A DNA stretch of 64,000 nt from assembly GCA_951406725.2 (NCBI GenBank), contig OX597819.1:57164001-57228000 (forward strand), given 5' to 3'. This document shows, piece after piece, positions 40,340 through 53,787 of the stretch. Source of the DNA: Octopus vulgaris. Lineage: Eukaryota. The notes beneath the pieces were generated by a model that was not told the origin of the DNA, ran no database searches, and saw only the letters and a list, made by a program, of their open reading frames with translations. A program made the position numbers and the translations under genes. Numbering within the stretch: the first letter of the stretch is position 1; each line of letters starts with the position of its first letter.

Positions 40340-41084
40340 GTTTAGCATTAATCTTTATTCAGTACGACGATCATCTCGAATCATGCTGGAACTGTGTGTT
40401 ATGGTTAGGATGGTGTGCATCTGATAGTGTTGCATGAATCTGTGCAGCTTGTGTCGTATGAGTTAGATGTACAAAGGAGGGACAGTCCCGCTAGATATAC
40501 TGAGATGTTCACCTGGTTTCTCAGATAAAACATTTCCCGGACGTTGTTAGAAAGCCTTCACATCTACACCTTGCAAACGTCTCTGGCTATCTAGCAGAAT
40601 GGACAATAGTTGTGGAACCTTCAAATCCAAGCTCTTACAATACTGGGTCCTTACTCTAGAATTGGAAGACGGGATCATTGTTACTGTACAGTGCTATCCA
40701 GTTCCGTGGTTCGTATAGCATTCACTGCCAAACTTGCCTGCTAGACCTACCAGAATATTCCATATGTTTATCACTGCATATCTTTTATGATAATCAAAGT
40801 GTACATATATGTATATCTGCTACTCTAGACCGATGATGGGCAAAGACCCTGAAACATGCGTGTCTCTAGATGCGGGTCTAGCTGTTGGGGATATTTGTCT
40901 CCCCTTCGTAAATATATATAAGGACACAGTAAATGTGTCGAAGCCGAAAGGAAGCGTTCGATGCTTCCTATGGCTAAACAGCGGTGGTGTAATCCCCTAC
41001 TATCACGTTAAATTGACAGTATACGACTATTATATCGCCTCACCACCGTACATATCTCTATGAGATATTTAGAAATTTAATATT

Positions 41085-41090
<6 letters not shown>
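40340..41090 (+). mobile_element. Probable decayed PLE 3' end (GIY-YIG C-terminus plus terminal repeat with hammerhead)
   Basis: LLESLHIYTLQTSL at ~40544-40585 resembles the E-x-x-x-I..P-x-L-N end of PLE endonucleases; hammerhead ~250 bp downstream; ends at (TA)n. Boundaries uncertain. Confidence 0.5.
40824..40870 (+). ncRNA. Type I hammerhead motif with U4C core change
   Basis: TCTAGA-CCGATGA-T-GGG(CAAAGA)CCC-T-GAA-ACA(TGCG)TGT-C-TCTAGA: three helices and a GUC site; one core mismatch. Confidence 0.75.
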
Positions 41091-41156
<66 letters not shown>

Positions 41157-42329
41157 GCATATTAACACAGATAGATAGATAGACAGATGAGACATTTTAA
41201 AAGGGATGGATCACAATAAATGAGAATTTATATCAGATATTCTACTTCATTGGTTTTAGAGAAGCGTATTTATATTCATGTCTACATTGTTTGTTCGTAT
41301 AACTTTAATGTGGCTTCATTGTCATCTGAACCGCTTACTAAATATCTAGTATGTTTCAACAAATAAGTAAGAGGATATGAAGAATAGATGTAGAGAGAAA
41401 ACTATTCTATTATAGTAGACACCATTAAGTTGCGTGCAGAATTTTCACTTCTTCGAATTATTAAGTACCTGTGACATCAATGTTATGGAGCGAGGCTTTG
41501 AGACGATTAAAATCTAATGGCCATCTGATCAAATGTATGGAGACAGCCGTATAACCGCAGGAAGCACAGTTTGTTTAGGTTTAAGGATAACTTTGACGCT
41601 AGCGATTACGTGATCGTTGCCAATGAGATTAACAGAGTGCATTATCTAAGAACTTCAAGAGAGATATTAATGTCGATATATGTGTGTCATAGAATATTTG
41701 CCTCACAAAATTGATATGAGAAATGAATGGATTTTGATAATTTCCATAGAAAGAGATACACTCTCGAATTCAAAATTTAAATCATTTGAGAACACTGATA
41801 CCATTAGAAGAGAAACATTCTTTTTATTATTCATTTGAATTAGCTTCGTATATTGAAAATTCCAATGATAGGAACCGAAAGCTTAATACAGAGGAAAGAA
41901 TGCATAAACATAGATAATGCATATAACTTTGACAAGGCATAAAGAAAGCCACAGAACATATAGTTTGTTTGCTTATTTTTGTTGATTTTTAATGGAAAGA
42001 GCAAAACGCTTATGGATCATAAAATAAATATAATAATAGTATGTGTCCATAGATATTTTCATAGTTTTATTTGAGTTGTATAACGATGCTTTCCTGAATT
42101 TTTACTGGAATTATCAATTGTTACTCAATCTATTACATCTCAATATTTATCACCCTGTAAACGAAAGGACCATTTACGTAGTCATTCGATCAGCTAGAAA
42201 TAAAAAAAATAAGAATCACGCAGAAATCGCCCTATAACGACTTAAAGAATGAAGATTTCACAAAACATTAACGATTCTACATTTACAAATATACTGGATG
42301 ATATTAGATACAACGTCGTCGATTATGTA

Positions 42330-42577
42330 TACTCGACCAGAACGGATGTGCAGAAATTTGCGGTATCACTTTCCGCTGCTACTGTTCTATGTTTAAACCC
42401 TCTCGAAGATAACTTTGAGCTACAGCTTTTGAGTTCAAATTACGCCGAGGTCGACACTGCCTTTCATCCTTTCGGGGTCGATAAATTAAGTACCAGTTAT
42501 GTAATCGACTTAATCTCTTTGTACATCATACTTTGCTCCCTCAATGTTTGGCCCCTTGTGGGCAATAAAAATAAGAA
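42330..42577 (+). mobile_element. SINE family B, diverged, tail type 1
   Basis: GAGTTCAAATTACGCCGAGGTCGACACTGCCTTTCATCCTTTCGGGGTCGATAAATTAAGTACCAG..GCCCCTTGTGGGCAATAAAAATAAG. Confidence 0.8.
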
Positions 42578-43224
42578 GGTAACTTTGAGCTAAAGCTGAT
42601 GTAGAGCTAGCAGAACTGTTCCCGCAGCTTATGCTGTTCACAGTTAACTTTATAATTTGTCTTTCAAGAATCGATTTAAAAAAAAACACCCGTAATAACC
42701 TATAATTCGGCTGATTTGATCAAATACAAATTAGGTGTTGGACCCTTAAGTCAGTTCGACGTTATATTTCTCTTCGTTCTGATTGATGCCAAACTATGTG
42801 CGCAGCATCGTTGGACAGCATTGTTTGTACCTGGAAGGAGCTATCCGTTATTGCCTGTTATCAAAATCCGTTAAAAAATGTATCACGAATATCCTCCTTG
42901 GTTTCTGAGGACATGAGGTTGATAAAGAAAAAGTAACATATTTGACATTCAGGCACTTATAATATATAAACGTATGTATGTATGTATGTATGTATGTATG
43001 TATGTATGTATGTATGTATGTATGTATGTATGTATGTATGTATGTATGTATATGTGTGTGTGTATGTTTATATATATATATATGATATATATGTGTAACA
43101 TATGGATATATATATGCATATATATATATACATACATACATACATACATACATACATACATACATACATACATACATACACGCACCCACAGACAAACAGT
43201 GAGTGAGAAGGACAGAGAGGGACG

Positions 43225-43341
43225 CATGCGTGTTTTGTAAGAGGTTTTCTCCCCAGCAACAGGGTTTTGGTTTTAGTCCCACTGCGTGGCATCTGGGGAA
43301 GATATCTTCTACTATAGCCTCCGCCAGCTGATGCCTTGTAA

Positions 43342-43345
<4 letters not shown>
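43225..43345 (+). mobile_element. SINE family A head fragment, diverged
   Basis: AGTCCCACTGCGTGGCATCTGGGGAAGATATCTTCTACTATAGCCTC..GCCTTGTAAGTG. Confidence 0.7.
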
Positions 43346-43416
<71 letters not shown>

Positions 43417-43434
43417 TGTCTCTTCTTTATTTTA

Positions 43435-46370
43435 ATTATTATAAAGCTTCCACTGTAGAGGGAGCCGAATTCCAACAAAAATACAAGGTTCCATCTTTGA
43501 GGTGTAATTCACACAGACAAATTCACATTTGGAATTTGAGAAAAGTCTTGCATATTTTTAGTGTTCCAATCATAGATTGGACATGTAATGTACGAATCAG
43601 CCGGTCAATGTTTCTTTCTGAAAATCCCAGTTTACCCAGATTCTACATTAAGCTCCAATTATTGTTGGTATGAAGATGAATTCATACCTGGATATCGATG
43701 CTGGAGGTTTCGAGGCAGATGTACATAGATATCCTTATTTATATCTACAGGGCAGCTAACTTCTATGATGGTACACACCTTTGCCCCCTCTGTCCCAAAC
43801 ATCAATACGCTTACATTTGACAGAAGTTTTGATGGGAATATTCCACCAGTATTCTTTGAGTTGGTGTTTATGAATGTATTCCGTAATAGAGGAATTTTAA
43901 TTCAGGATAATCTATTTGAGGATGACATTGTAAATTGATTTAGCAACAACATCATGCCGCATAGGGAGGTAGTACCGTGACGACATTTTAGGACAGCTTC
44001 TAATCACATGACATAGCTTACACATGCGGTTGCACTTTGGGATTATAAGAGGACCACTGTTTCTCCAGTTCACCAGGTGCTATGTGGCAATCTCCTGTTC
44101 CTGGATTGCAAAGTGTGATGTGATATAGTGGTCTTGTGTCGAAGAGAGGCTTCGCTTCATGTTAATTCTACCGTCTTCTTCAAGCTTCCAGGCAACATAC
44201 TCATGCATGGTCTCTCCTTTTTTGTATGCGGAGCGCTTTCCATCCCGGTTTTCTCTGCCCAGCTGTTTTGGGGCTGTATATGAGATCATCAGGAAGAGTG
44301 TGTATCTTGAGAAGTTCACTGCCAACTCGTACAATGGTGCTCACTTAACTTTTCAGGACTGCATTAATATATTTATCTTTGTTGCTATTGTTTAGCAGGT
44401 GTTGCCTGAGTGATAACACACGGCATTCGAAGGCCGTCTGCACTGATCTCAGGTCTCAACCACCTTCATTTCTTCTTAGGTAGAGCCTGTCAACATCACT
44501 GTTTCTATGGAATTTCTAAGTTATTGTCATGATTTTGCGGGTTTTGATATCTATGAAGTGGATTTCCTCTACAAAACAATCAAGAGTCCCAAATGTTGGG
44601 ATCAGCATTGATACTGCAAATGCATTGTGGGATATTGTTTTGTTGTAAGATGAGAGTTCCGACTGTCATATTTCCTACTCAACAATTAAACATCCCTCCG
44701 AATCTGGCATTATTCCTCCATTAAGGCAATCCTGAAGTTGTTCCTTCAGCCTCCCATGTAAACTACTGTATTTCTTTCGCAAGTACCCCTTAACTAAACC
44801 TGGTCCTGGGCCCTTCTAGTTCGGCATTTTTTATAACACTTTACTCATTAATGCACTAGTTAGTCTTAGATATGGCTTCTTCTCACTCAGTATTTCTTCC
44901 CTCACTTTTTTAACCATACTGCATCTCCATTATGATTGACTGGCTTGCCCCAAATATTACTCAATACCCTTCTAGCGCCTTCTGTATTAGGTTTCTCATC
45001 TTCAGTACTTTTTTTCCACTATATATTTGGTTATAAAATTTACCCTGGTTTGTCTGAAATAATCTATTCTGTTGATCTATGCTTTTCATATATCTGGAGA
45101 GCTTGCCTGCTACTACTAGGATACGCTATTGCAGCTCTTCTATTACTGTCCCAGATCCATTCCCTTTGACTATGTATATTTTCTTGAGGGAAGATTTGTT
45201 TTCTAACTTGTTCAGTTTCCAAGTTTCTATTCCATTCAGAATGGAATAGAAGTCTCCTTTTCCACATTTGCTCTTTTTTAATCTTTCTCTATGAGATATC
45301 TAATTTTCTAGTGACTACTACCATTCCTACTCCGCTTATTTAGTTCAAACGTAAAATCTGCGCTTTTGTATGGCTCTGAAGCATGGAGAGCCACCTGCAG
45401 TAATACAAGAAGATCCAGACCTTCATCAACAAATGTCTCCGGCAAATCCTCCATCTGAAGTGGTTCGACAGTGTGCCAAACACCGTCCTGTGGGAAAGGG
45501 TCAACCAGGAGCCCATACATGTTCAGATTTGACGAAGGAAATGGAGATGGATCAGACACACACTGCGGAAAGAACCCTCAAATGTGACACGACAAGCACT
45601 TGACTAGAACCCGCAGGGGAAAAGGAAGCGAGGACGCCCGAAGCAGACATGGAAGCGGAGCATTTTGGACGAGCTTAGGTCTGACATGGGAAACAGCCAA
45701 AAAACGCCATGGACCGCAAAAAGTGGAAATCAATTGTTGAGGCCCTATGCACCACAAGGGGCAAAACGGATTAAGAAGAAGAGAAGATTACCCCTCCTGC
45801 ATAGATCAATAATTAAATGTCTCCTATATTATTAGTATCTATCCTAAAGATTACCGAACCTATTTTCCTAGTCATATTTAGCAGATTCCTTCTGCTGTAC
45901 CGTTTAATATTGGCCGTCTTTTTCTTATTTCTTTACTCATTACTACCTGCAACTCATCTAAGGATCTTCTGATCTTCCTTACCTAAATCACTGAAGTCGC
46001 TGGTGCCAATTGTCCTTTCCTTCTTGGTAGGGCTTTTATTACTTTTTTGTTTAGGTTCTTTGAACTGTATCTCTTGCGTTGTTGTTTGTCTTACCACTTC
46101 CTGGTCTTCCTTTTCTATTTTTCTTTTTGTTGATCTCTTCGACCACCACTTCTGTCATCCACTTTCTTCTTCTAATAGCATTAGCTTGATCTACTAATCT
46201 CTGCTCAGTCACTTTAAACATACCCTTCTCTACCCAATGTGTTAACATCCGTTTTCTGTAGCTCCCTTCTTTTAGGTACACTTTCTCAGTAGCACTGCAT
46301 CACTATCCTGTATTTTGTCGCTGGTACACTTCCTTCCCCTTAATCTATTAGCTGTTTACGCTGTTGCATT
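43435..46370 (-). mobile_element. R4/Dong-like LINE (restriction-like endonuclease type), decayed, RT core missing, interrupted by an RTE fragment
   Basis: Minus strand in order: SYRKRMLTHWVEKGMFKVTEQRLVDQANAIRRRKWM; KMPN*KGPGPG..SSLHGRLKEQLQDCL; SELSSYNKTISHNAFAV; FAIQEQEIAT; CKLCHVIRSCPKM..RHDVVAK zinc knuckle; EYWWNIPIKT..CTIIEVSCPVD; IGTLKICKTFL. Confidence 0.88.
45323..45788 (+). mobile_element. RTE-clade LINE, 5'-truncated 3' fragment nested in the R4/Dong-like element
   Basis: LFSSNVKSALLYGSEAW..IQTFINKCLRQILHLKW..RKWRWIRHTLRK..QALD*NPQGKRKRGRPKQTWKR; (AAG)n tail; TACC at both junctions. Confidence 0.9.
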
Positions 46371-47097
46371 ATTATTATCATTACTACTACTACTACTACT
46401 AAAACCACCACCACCACCACCAACACCACTACAACTACTACTACTACTACTACTACTACTATTTTTTATTATTCATATTATCTCCATGGTATATTCTGAT
46501 AATATTCAAATATATGATTCCGGGGATATGATCTTGAAACTTATCGAAGTTAGGAATACAAACATGCATGCATTTTCTATATAACGTATGGAGCTCTAGG
46601 CCTGATCACCACTCTCGTCAATGGATACATGGCATAATGAATAGATAAGCATTCAGTATTTTTCAGCAGTAACCCCAGGCTGAAAAAAGGGCAAGTCGAC
46701 ATTAGCGGAACGATATCGAAAAGATATACTTAGAAGAATAAGTGCGTCTGAGAATGCCGTATCCGGCGCACGCATCGATTGCGGCAAAATAAGCAGAATG
46801 CATTATTAACGAAATGATTGTAACAATATACATACAGCTAAGAATCCGCCTAGGGACATTCCCCATCTTACACACATGCAAACACGCGCTCAGAAGTATG
46901 GTTCGATGAATATATTCATAGAACGTTGACTATAAACATAGATCCCAATATGTATACATATATACACACGCTCGCATGTGTACAAACATACATATATATA
47001 TATATTACGTGCATGCGTATATAACTATATACATGTCAATATATATATATATATTTTATATATTACACACGTACATACACATATATATTTATATATA

Positions 47098-47147
<50 letters not shown>

Positions 47148-47167
47148 CATGTATATATATTATACGC

Positions 47168-47410
47168 GGAGGCGTGTGGCTTAGGGGTTAGGGTGCCAGC
47201 ATCATGATCGTAAGATTGTAGTTTCGATTCCTGGATCGGGCGACGCGTTGTGTTCTTGAGCAAGACACTTCATTTCAGTCTACTCAGCTGGCAAAAATGA
47301 GTAACGCTGCAATGGACTGGCGTCCCGACCAGTTGGGGAGCGCATACGCCATTGAAACCGGGAAAATCGGACCCATGAGCTTGGTTAGTCTTTAAAAGGT
47401 CGCATTTATT
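47168..47410 (+). mobile_element. tRNA-headed SINE family C variant
   Basis: GGAGGCGTGTGGCTTAGGGGTTAGG..TTTCGATTCC..TTGAGCAAGACACTT..GCAATGGACTGGCGTCCCG. Confidence 0.8.
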
Positions 47411-47769
47411 ATCATTTTCACATATATTATATACATTATACATATACATACATATATATATATATATATATACACATACACACGTACATTCTTGTGAGTA
47501 TGAGTATGTGTGCGTTTATATGTGTGTTTATAAGTATGTGTGTGTATGTGTGTGGAAGTATGCAGGAATGGGGGAATAGGAAGAAAGTGTTCTGGCAACT
47601 AGTTTGTATAATTTATCGTTTATTATAGCTTCGTATCGACCTAACCTGTGCAACAGAAACCGTGTTGAATCCTACCAAATGGACTTTACTTCTACCTTAC
47701 AATGATTCATCTTCAGAACAACCTGAAATGTATTCATATATATATATATGTGCAATCACATAGGTTGTG

Positions 47770-48535
47770 TGATTTTAGTATTGATATGAGCAACGATGAC
47801 TCGTTTTACATGCATGTCAGCAAGGAGGTGGCAGTGTGCAGGCAAATGGCCAGATGGATTCTGTTAACCTTCAGAACAAGAGATTAAGAAACTATGCTGG
47901 TCCTATGCTGGTCCTATGGAGGACATTTGTTCTCATCCGTCTGGACTACTGATTTCAACTGCGTCACCTTACTGTGTAGGAATGATAGCGGAACTCGAGA
48001 CGGTTCAGCTATATTACACAAATAAGTTTGCATCAATGGAACAGCTGAACTACTGGGGGAGAGTGAAAGAGCTACGACTGTATTCCCTGGAGCGAAGTCG
48101 GGAGAGGTATGCAGTGATATATGTGTGGAAGATGGTGGAGGAGCTGACAACAAACTTTGGAACTGAGAGTTACACCAGACCTCTAATTAGACGCCAATGC
48201 ACTATCCCAAAAGTCCTAGCTTTTAAAATCTAAATTGAGGAGCATGTACTACAATACCTTGGGAATCAAGGGCCTACAGCGATATAACCCCTTGCCAAAA
48301 GATCTGAGGGATCTCTATGGGATGTGGATACATGTTTCCAAGAAACAACTTGACCTCTTGTTATCCAAGATCCAAGTTGAACCAATCATCAAAGCAATAA
48401 ACTCGAAATCGAACTCCCGCATCACCTAGAGCCAATTTCATAGAATCTGCCGCTTAAAAGGTAATTAAAATGGCGGTGCCTCAGCAAGGTCACAGCCTCA
48501 GGGCTGAAACATATAAATAATAAAGAATATAGAAT
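47770..48535 (+). mobile_element. CR1/L2-group LINE 3' fragment
   Basis: WILLTFRTRD..TFVLIRLDY..ELETVQ..YWGRVKELRLYSLERSRERYAVIYVWKM..LPKDLRDLYG..KKQLDLLL, then tail GGCGGTGCCTCAGCAAGGTCACAGCCTCAGGGCTGAAAC. Confidence 0.85.
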
Positions 48536-48626
48536 ATATTTACATTCAGTTGAATTAGGTACTTAAGTTGAGGCACCAGAATTTAGTACGGTATTATCCA
48601 TTCAATTTCAAAATATGGTGACTAAA

Positions 48627-48712
48627 ATCAAAATAAGCAACAAGGATATCCAGAGGTAATGCAGTACGATCGTACTGCATTACCTCTGGATATCCTTGTT
48701 GCTTATTTTGAT
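48627..48712. repeat. 86-bp perfect spacerless palindrome
   Basis: Centre GCAGTACGA|TCGTACTGC at 48669/48670, 43-bp arms, right end next to a TA-rich run. Confidence 0.97.
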
Positions 48713-48984
48713 GTATATATATATATATATATACATATATATAGTAACCTTTCGGTAGTGTCCGATGTTATGGCTCATTACAGTTCTATATTGTAAATCC
48801 GTAGATGGGTTCTAGAGAGATTGGATTTTACACAGGGTGATCTATAAGAAATAAGTTAAAAATAATGGTCATTACATATTATTTCTTTATCAGGGCAAAC
48901 TTGACTTACAGCAGTTTTCATTAGTCTATTGGTCAACTGAAGCAAATTGAAGGACCCAAGAAAATTAATGCTTCTTGCATCAGA

Positions 48985-49116
48985 CCCATTTCTCTCCTTG
49001 TTTCTTTCTGTGTTCCTTTCTGCGGAAGAGCGTATGCTCGAAACAAAGACTTTTTCAATTCCCGAGCATTATACTAATACATCTATCTTCGTCTTTTGTT
49101 TGTTTTTGTGAATTCT

Positions 49117-49120
<4 letters not shown>
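48985..49120 (+). mobile_element. Diverged solo PLE terminal repeat with degenerate hammerhead (49016-49048)
   Basis: CTTT-CTGCGGA-A-GAGC(GTAT)GCTC-GAAAC-AAAG..ATACTAATACA..CTTCGTCTTTTGTTT..CTCCC then (TA)n; aligns to the reverse complement of 21188-21370. Confidence 0.75.
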
Positions 49121-49186
<66 letters not shown>

Positions 49187-50702
49187 CTATATATACATTT
49201 TAAAATGTGTATTTTTCAGTAGCAAAGTCTTTAATAGCCAAGGTTTCTCTGCTGTCGCCTTGGAATTGAAACTGGGGCTGTCTTCTCTGAGGTGTATTTA
49301 ATATAATGAAACAATCGGCTTAAATACTTTACCATTTTTCTTTTCCTCAGTACGTGAAGATCGTCGATGGTTCGTGTTTACACTGTGTTTCAGCCTCGGT
49401 TAACCTCCGTAATAGCTATATTTATCCCAAGCTTTTTATTCACACTGACATATTCGTTTTCCTGTATATGTTCAGCAGTGCATACATATAGTATTTGGGT
49501 TATTCTTTATGAAGTGTGTATGTTTATAGATTTCCCATGCAAACGGCTGCAAAATTTTAGGGCTGGAGGGAAAACTCTCTGCTAGGAGAGCATTCAAGTG
49601 AGCTGGCGTGATGTAGACGGAGATCTGGATATAATGGATTTTGCAGTGTGGACCTTAACTATGGACAAAATATGGTCTACGAGAGAAGAAAGTTTATATG
49701 AACCAAAAATGTTTGAATGGAAATGATATGAGATAAGGCAGCTCTAAGTACTTGGAACTACTTTGATGCTGTAGATATTCAGAGAGATAAGACAACACGC
49801 TGATGGATTAGATTACAAAATGTGTTGGTCAGTTATTTCCTGAAATCAAATGGAATGCGCTGTCGAAGCTTTGTGTAACAATATCAGGTTTACCGAATTT
49901 TGCGAAGGCAAAACCCCGCTTTTGGATGTCATAGTAACATAGATCTCCAGTAAGTGCGGTTTTGCGAAAGACGTATTAATGTGCACTGCTGAGAGAAAGC
50001 TGTACAAGAGATATGTTCAACTTTTTAAGTTGTTAGAATTGGATGTGACTCTTTGATATGCGGCAGGACTAAAAGAGAATAGGACTTACAGCAGTGCATT
50101 TCCAAAAATCACGTGGTACACATGAAGAACGATATATTGAAGAATAAGAAGAACACTGAAGGTAGTTCTGGGATACTTCGAGGTAAGTAAATGAGAAATT
50201 GTCAGAGTAATTAGCCATGCTTATTTGAAGCGAGTGGATGTTCTTTCGTAGATGTTGCACATGTGGTCGTGTGAGAACTTTGTGGAGGGGAAAGAAATGG
50301 TGTTTGAAGATCCTTATGTAACATTAGCTATTTGACAATGGATGCAAATACAGAGTATATGTTCAAGAAGTGATGGGGAAGAAGTAGCCAAAAAATGTCA
50401 AACTGTGTTTTGAGAGAAGAACAAGGTTCTTAGCTATGGATTGGGAAGTGGGAGGTCAAGAAGGTAGCCTGTGACATGGAGTTATAACTTCTTGATCTGG
50501 ATAATAGTTTTGCGGTAATTGTGGTGTTTGAAAAGCACATTTTATTTGTTGAATGACATTTTCCCATGTGTTTTAAGGCATGGTTATCACCTGAAAAAGC
50601 GCACTGCATATATGCATGAAACAGTCGGTGAATTCGGGCTGTGAGTTTACTTTAGTACAGAATATTGAAAAACACGGCTAAAATTACGATTTGCCCAATT
50701 AT

Positions 50703-51156
50703 TTCTTATTTCTTTAGTGCCCAAAAGGGGCTACACACAGAGGCGACAAACAAGGACAGACAAACGGATTAAGTCGATTATATCGACCACAGGGCGTAAC
50801 TGGCACTTATTTAATCGACGCCAGTGCGTAACTGGTACTTATTTAATCGAAACTGAAAGGATGAAAGGCAAAGTCGACCTCAGCGGAATTTGAACTCAGA
50901 ACGTAGTGGCAAACGAAACACCTATTTCTTTACTACCCACAAGGGGCAAAACATAGAGAGGACAAACAAGACCAGACAAACGGATTCAGTCGATTATATC
51001 GACCACAGTGCGTAACTGGTACTTAATTAATCGACACCGAAAGGATGAAAGGCAAAGTTGACATCAGCGGAATTTGAACTCAGAACGTAGCGCCAGACGA
51101 AATACCGCTAAGCATTTCGCAACGGCGCGCTAACGTCTCTGCCAGCACGACGCCTT
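50703..51156 (-). mobile_element. Two tandem SINE family B copies, tail type 1
   Basis: Same head, core and tail as 55211-55445; internal ~30-bp duplication near 50790-50850. Confidence 0.9.
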
Positions 51157-51159
51157 CAC

Positions 51160-51349
<190 letters not shown>

Positions 51350-51834
51350 ATATATATAAGCATACACAGATACATACATACATATACATATATACATATG
51401 CATATATACCGATACACACATACATATACTTATATATATGTGTGTATATGTGTACATATGTAAGTAAATATAGTTATGCAACACAAACCTATATTGGTTT
51501 CCAAAAATACAAAGACTGACGACTTTAAATATAAATAGCATTGCAGGTAGTGAGTTTAATTCAGTGCATTGAAGCTGTGAGCCACTGATTGGTAGGAGGT
51601 AACAACAGAGCTATTCACACACTGTGATGTGAATATTTTCCTTTTGAACTCACAAATTATCTAATAGAGAAAACAATCTGCATGAACACACTTTGTAAAA
51701 TTGGACGTCGAACAACAACAGTTCTGGAAGAAAAAAATCATATTTACGTCAAGCATACGTGTACACATGTATATAAGCAGTGTCGCATACATCCACGCAC
51801 ACACACACACACACACACAAAAGCACATATGCGC

Positions 51835-51885
<51 letters not shown>

Positions 51886-52139
51886 TATGTGTGTGTGCGT
51901 GTTTATCTATTCACACAAATATTATGTGTCAGTGTTTGTCTAAATATACTATAAATATTTCCAAATGTATTTATTTGTAAATATAAATCAATAGAGAGAG
52001 ACACACAAACACATGGATACCATGAATACAGAGACACGCAAAGAGATAGAAATGCATGCACATGCTCACGCGTATTCATTCACATACACCACCGCCCATA
52101 TATATATATATATATATATATACACTTGTATGTATATAC

Positions 52140-52190
<51 letters not shown>

Positions 52191-52310
52191 TGCATATATA
52201 TATATACATATATGTATATGTACATAATACATACATATATATATATATATATACATATGTATATACATGTATATATATAAATCTATACATATATATAAAT
52301 TTGTATATAC

Positions 52311-52383
<73 letters not shown>

Positions 52384-53594
52384 TCAATACATATATGAAT
52401 ACACACATATATATGCGTACATGCATAATACACATAACTGAGCCCGCACACTGTACATACCGGCCTGTATCCTCATTGTAAACTCACACACTATCACGAA
52501 TCTCTGTTGCTACAACGATTTGCTTCCATTATGTATAAAGCGTCACATGACCGCACCGGTGTTGGAATGCACGCGATGGCACATGATGTAAGTATTTAAA
52601 GATGCATAATTTGCCTGAGTGCATGTAAACACTGGCGTGTTTATATATTTATTTACCTAGGATCCAGTGGAAAAAATAACAACACAATGCAACATTCCAC
52701 AGATTCATCAAAGCAATGCCCTAACTTTTTTAGTACATCTTCCCTTGCTCAAACTTATTACAGATTTTCTCAAACAACTCTTACTTGTATTGCATTTTAT
52801 TATTTTTTTAGGGGTTGTTGTTGTTGCCTGTGTTTGTTGAAAAGAAGTTATCAAAATAACTTCCGTCCTCTCATTTCCTCAGTCTTTCTCTTTCTCTATC
52901 TCTCTCGCTCTGAAAACACTTTCACAGATTATCTAACCTTGGTTCCCATTTCTATTTCTATCGCCTATTTTCATTTTAACACAAGCTAACCAAGTATACT
53001 CACACATGCCTTCTCCAACCTGTTCTATTTCCTTTTCTCTCCAGCTATGATTATCATTTACAAATCCTCTAATCTTTCTTCCCCTCACCCTCACCCTTTC
53101 ATCCCTTTCTACTTTTCTTTTCCTACCTCTCCTTCGCATTCTTCAACATTCTCTTCTCGCTAGTTCCGGATCCCACAATTATATAAGCCCATATCATTAA
53201 GTTGTTTGCTCGGCTAATATATCGCTTTGTGTTCTATCTAATATTTTTGTTTAATCTGGTGCACATGACTGTATCCATGGCATTGAACAGGCTTTCTAAG
53301 CACGAGTTCACCTTGTATATTGACAAATCAGGTCGTAGCTTCAGTGAAAATTATGATTGAAATGCTCCCCCGAGAGTCAAGTCCAAACAGGGAACACCGA
53401 ACACACGGTGAAAAGGAAACCAGAGAATAGATACAATATAGGTGGGGAAGCATTAATAAGAAATGAAGAACGAAACCCAAAACCTTCACTGTGAATAAGC
53501 ATATATAGGTATATATAGTCTTTTATTCTTTTATGCATTTCAGTCCAAAGGCTCTGGCCACGATGGGACACATGAATATATATACATATACATA

Positions 53595-53787
53595 CGAGTG
53601 GGAACTGAAAAGTCCCTGGCTTTAAGGGGAGAGCGTAATGCCTGGTTAGAGTCCCAACCTTCAGCGTTCTTTTACTCGCAACAATAAATGAGTAAATCTG
53701 AGAAGTGAATATTGTGAATAAAATCATAATTAACTTATTCTCCTGTATTTAGTTTTACCAAACCCAGGAACTTTTTGGCACCCCGCG
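53595..53787. mobile_element. Mariner-type MITE
   Basis: TA|CGAGTGGGAACTGAAAAGTCCCTGGCTTT..AAACCCAGGAACTTTTTGGCACCCCGCG|TA: imperfect ~29-bp terminal inverted repeats with flanking TA. Confidence 0.75.

Noticed and set aside
49560-50480. Possible very old RTE-like LINE remnant
   Set aside because: Only faint peptide resemblance; ordered motifs could not be recovered by eye.
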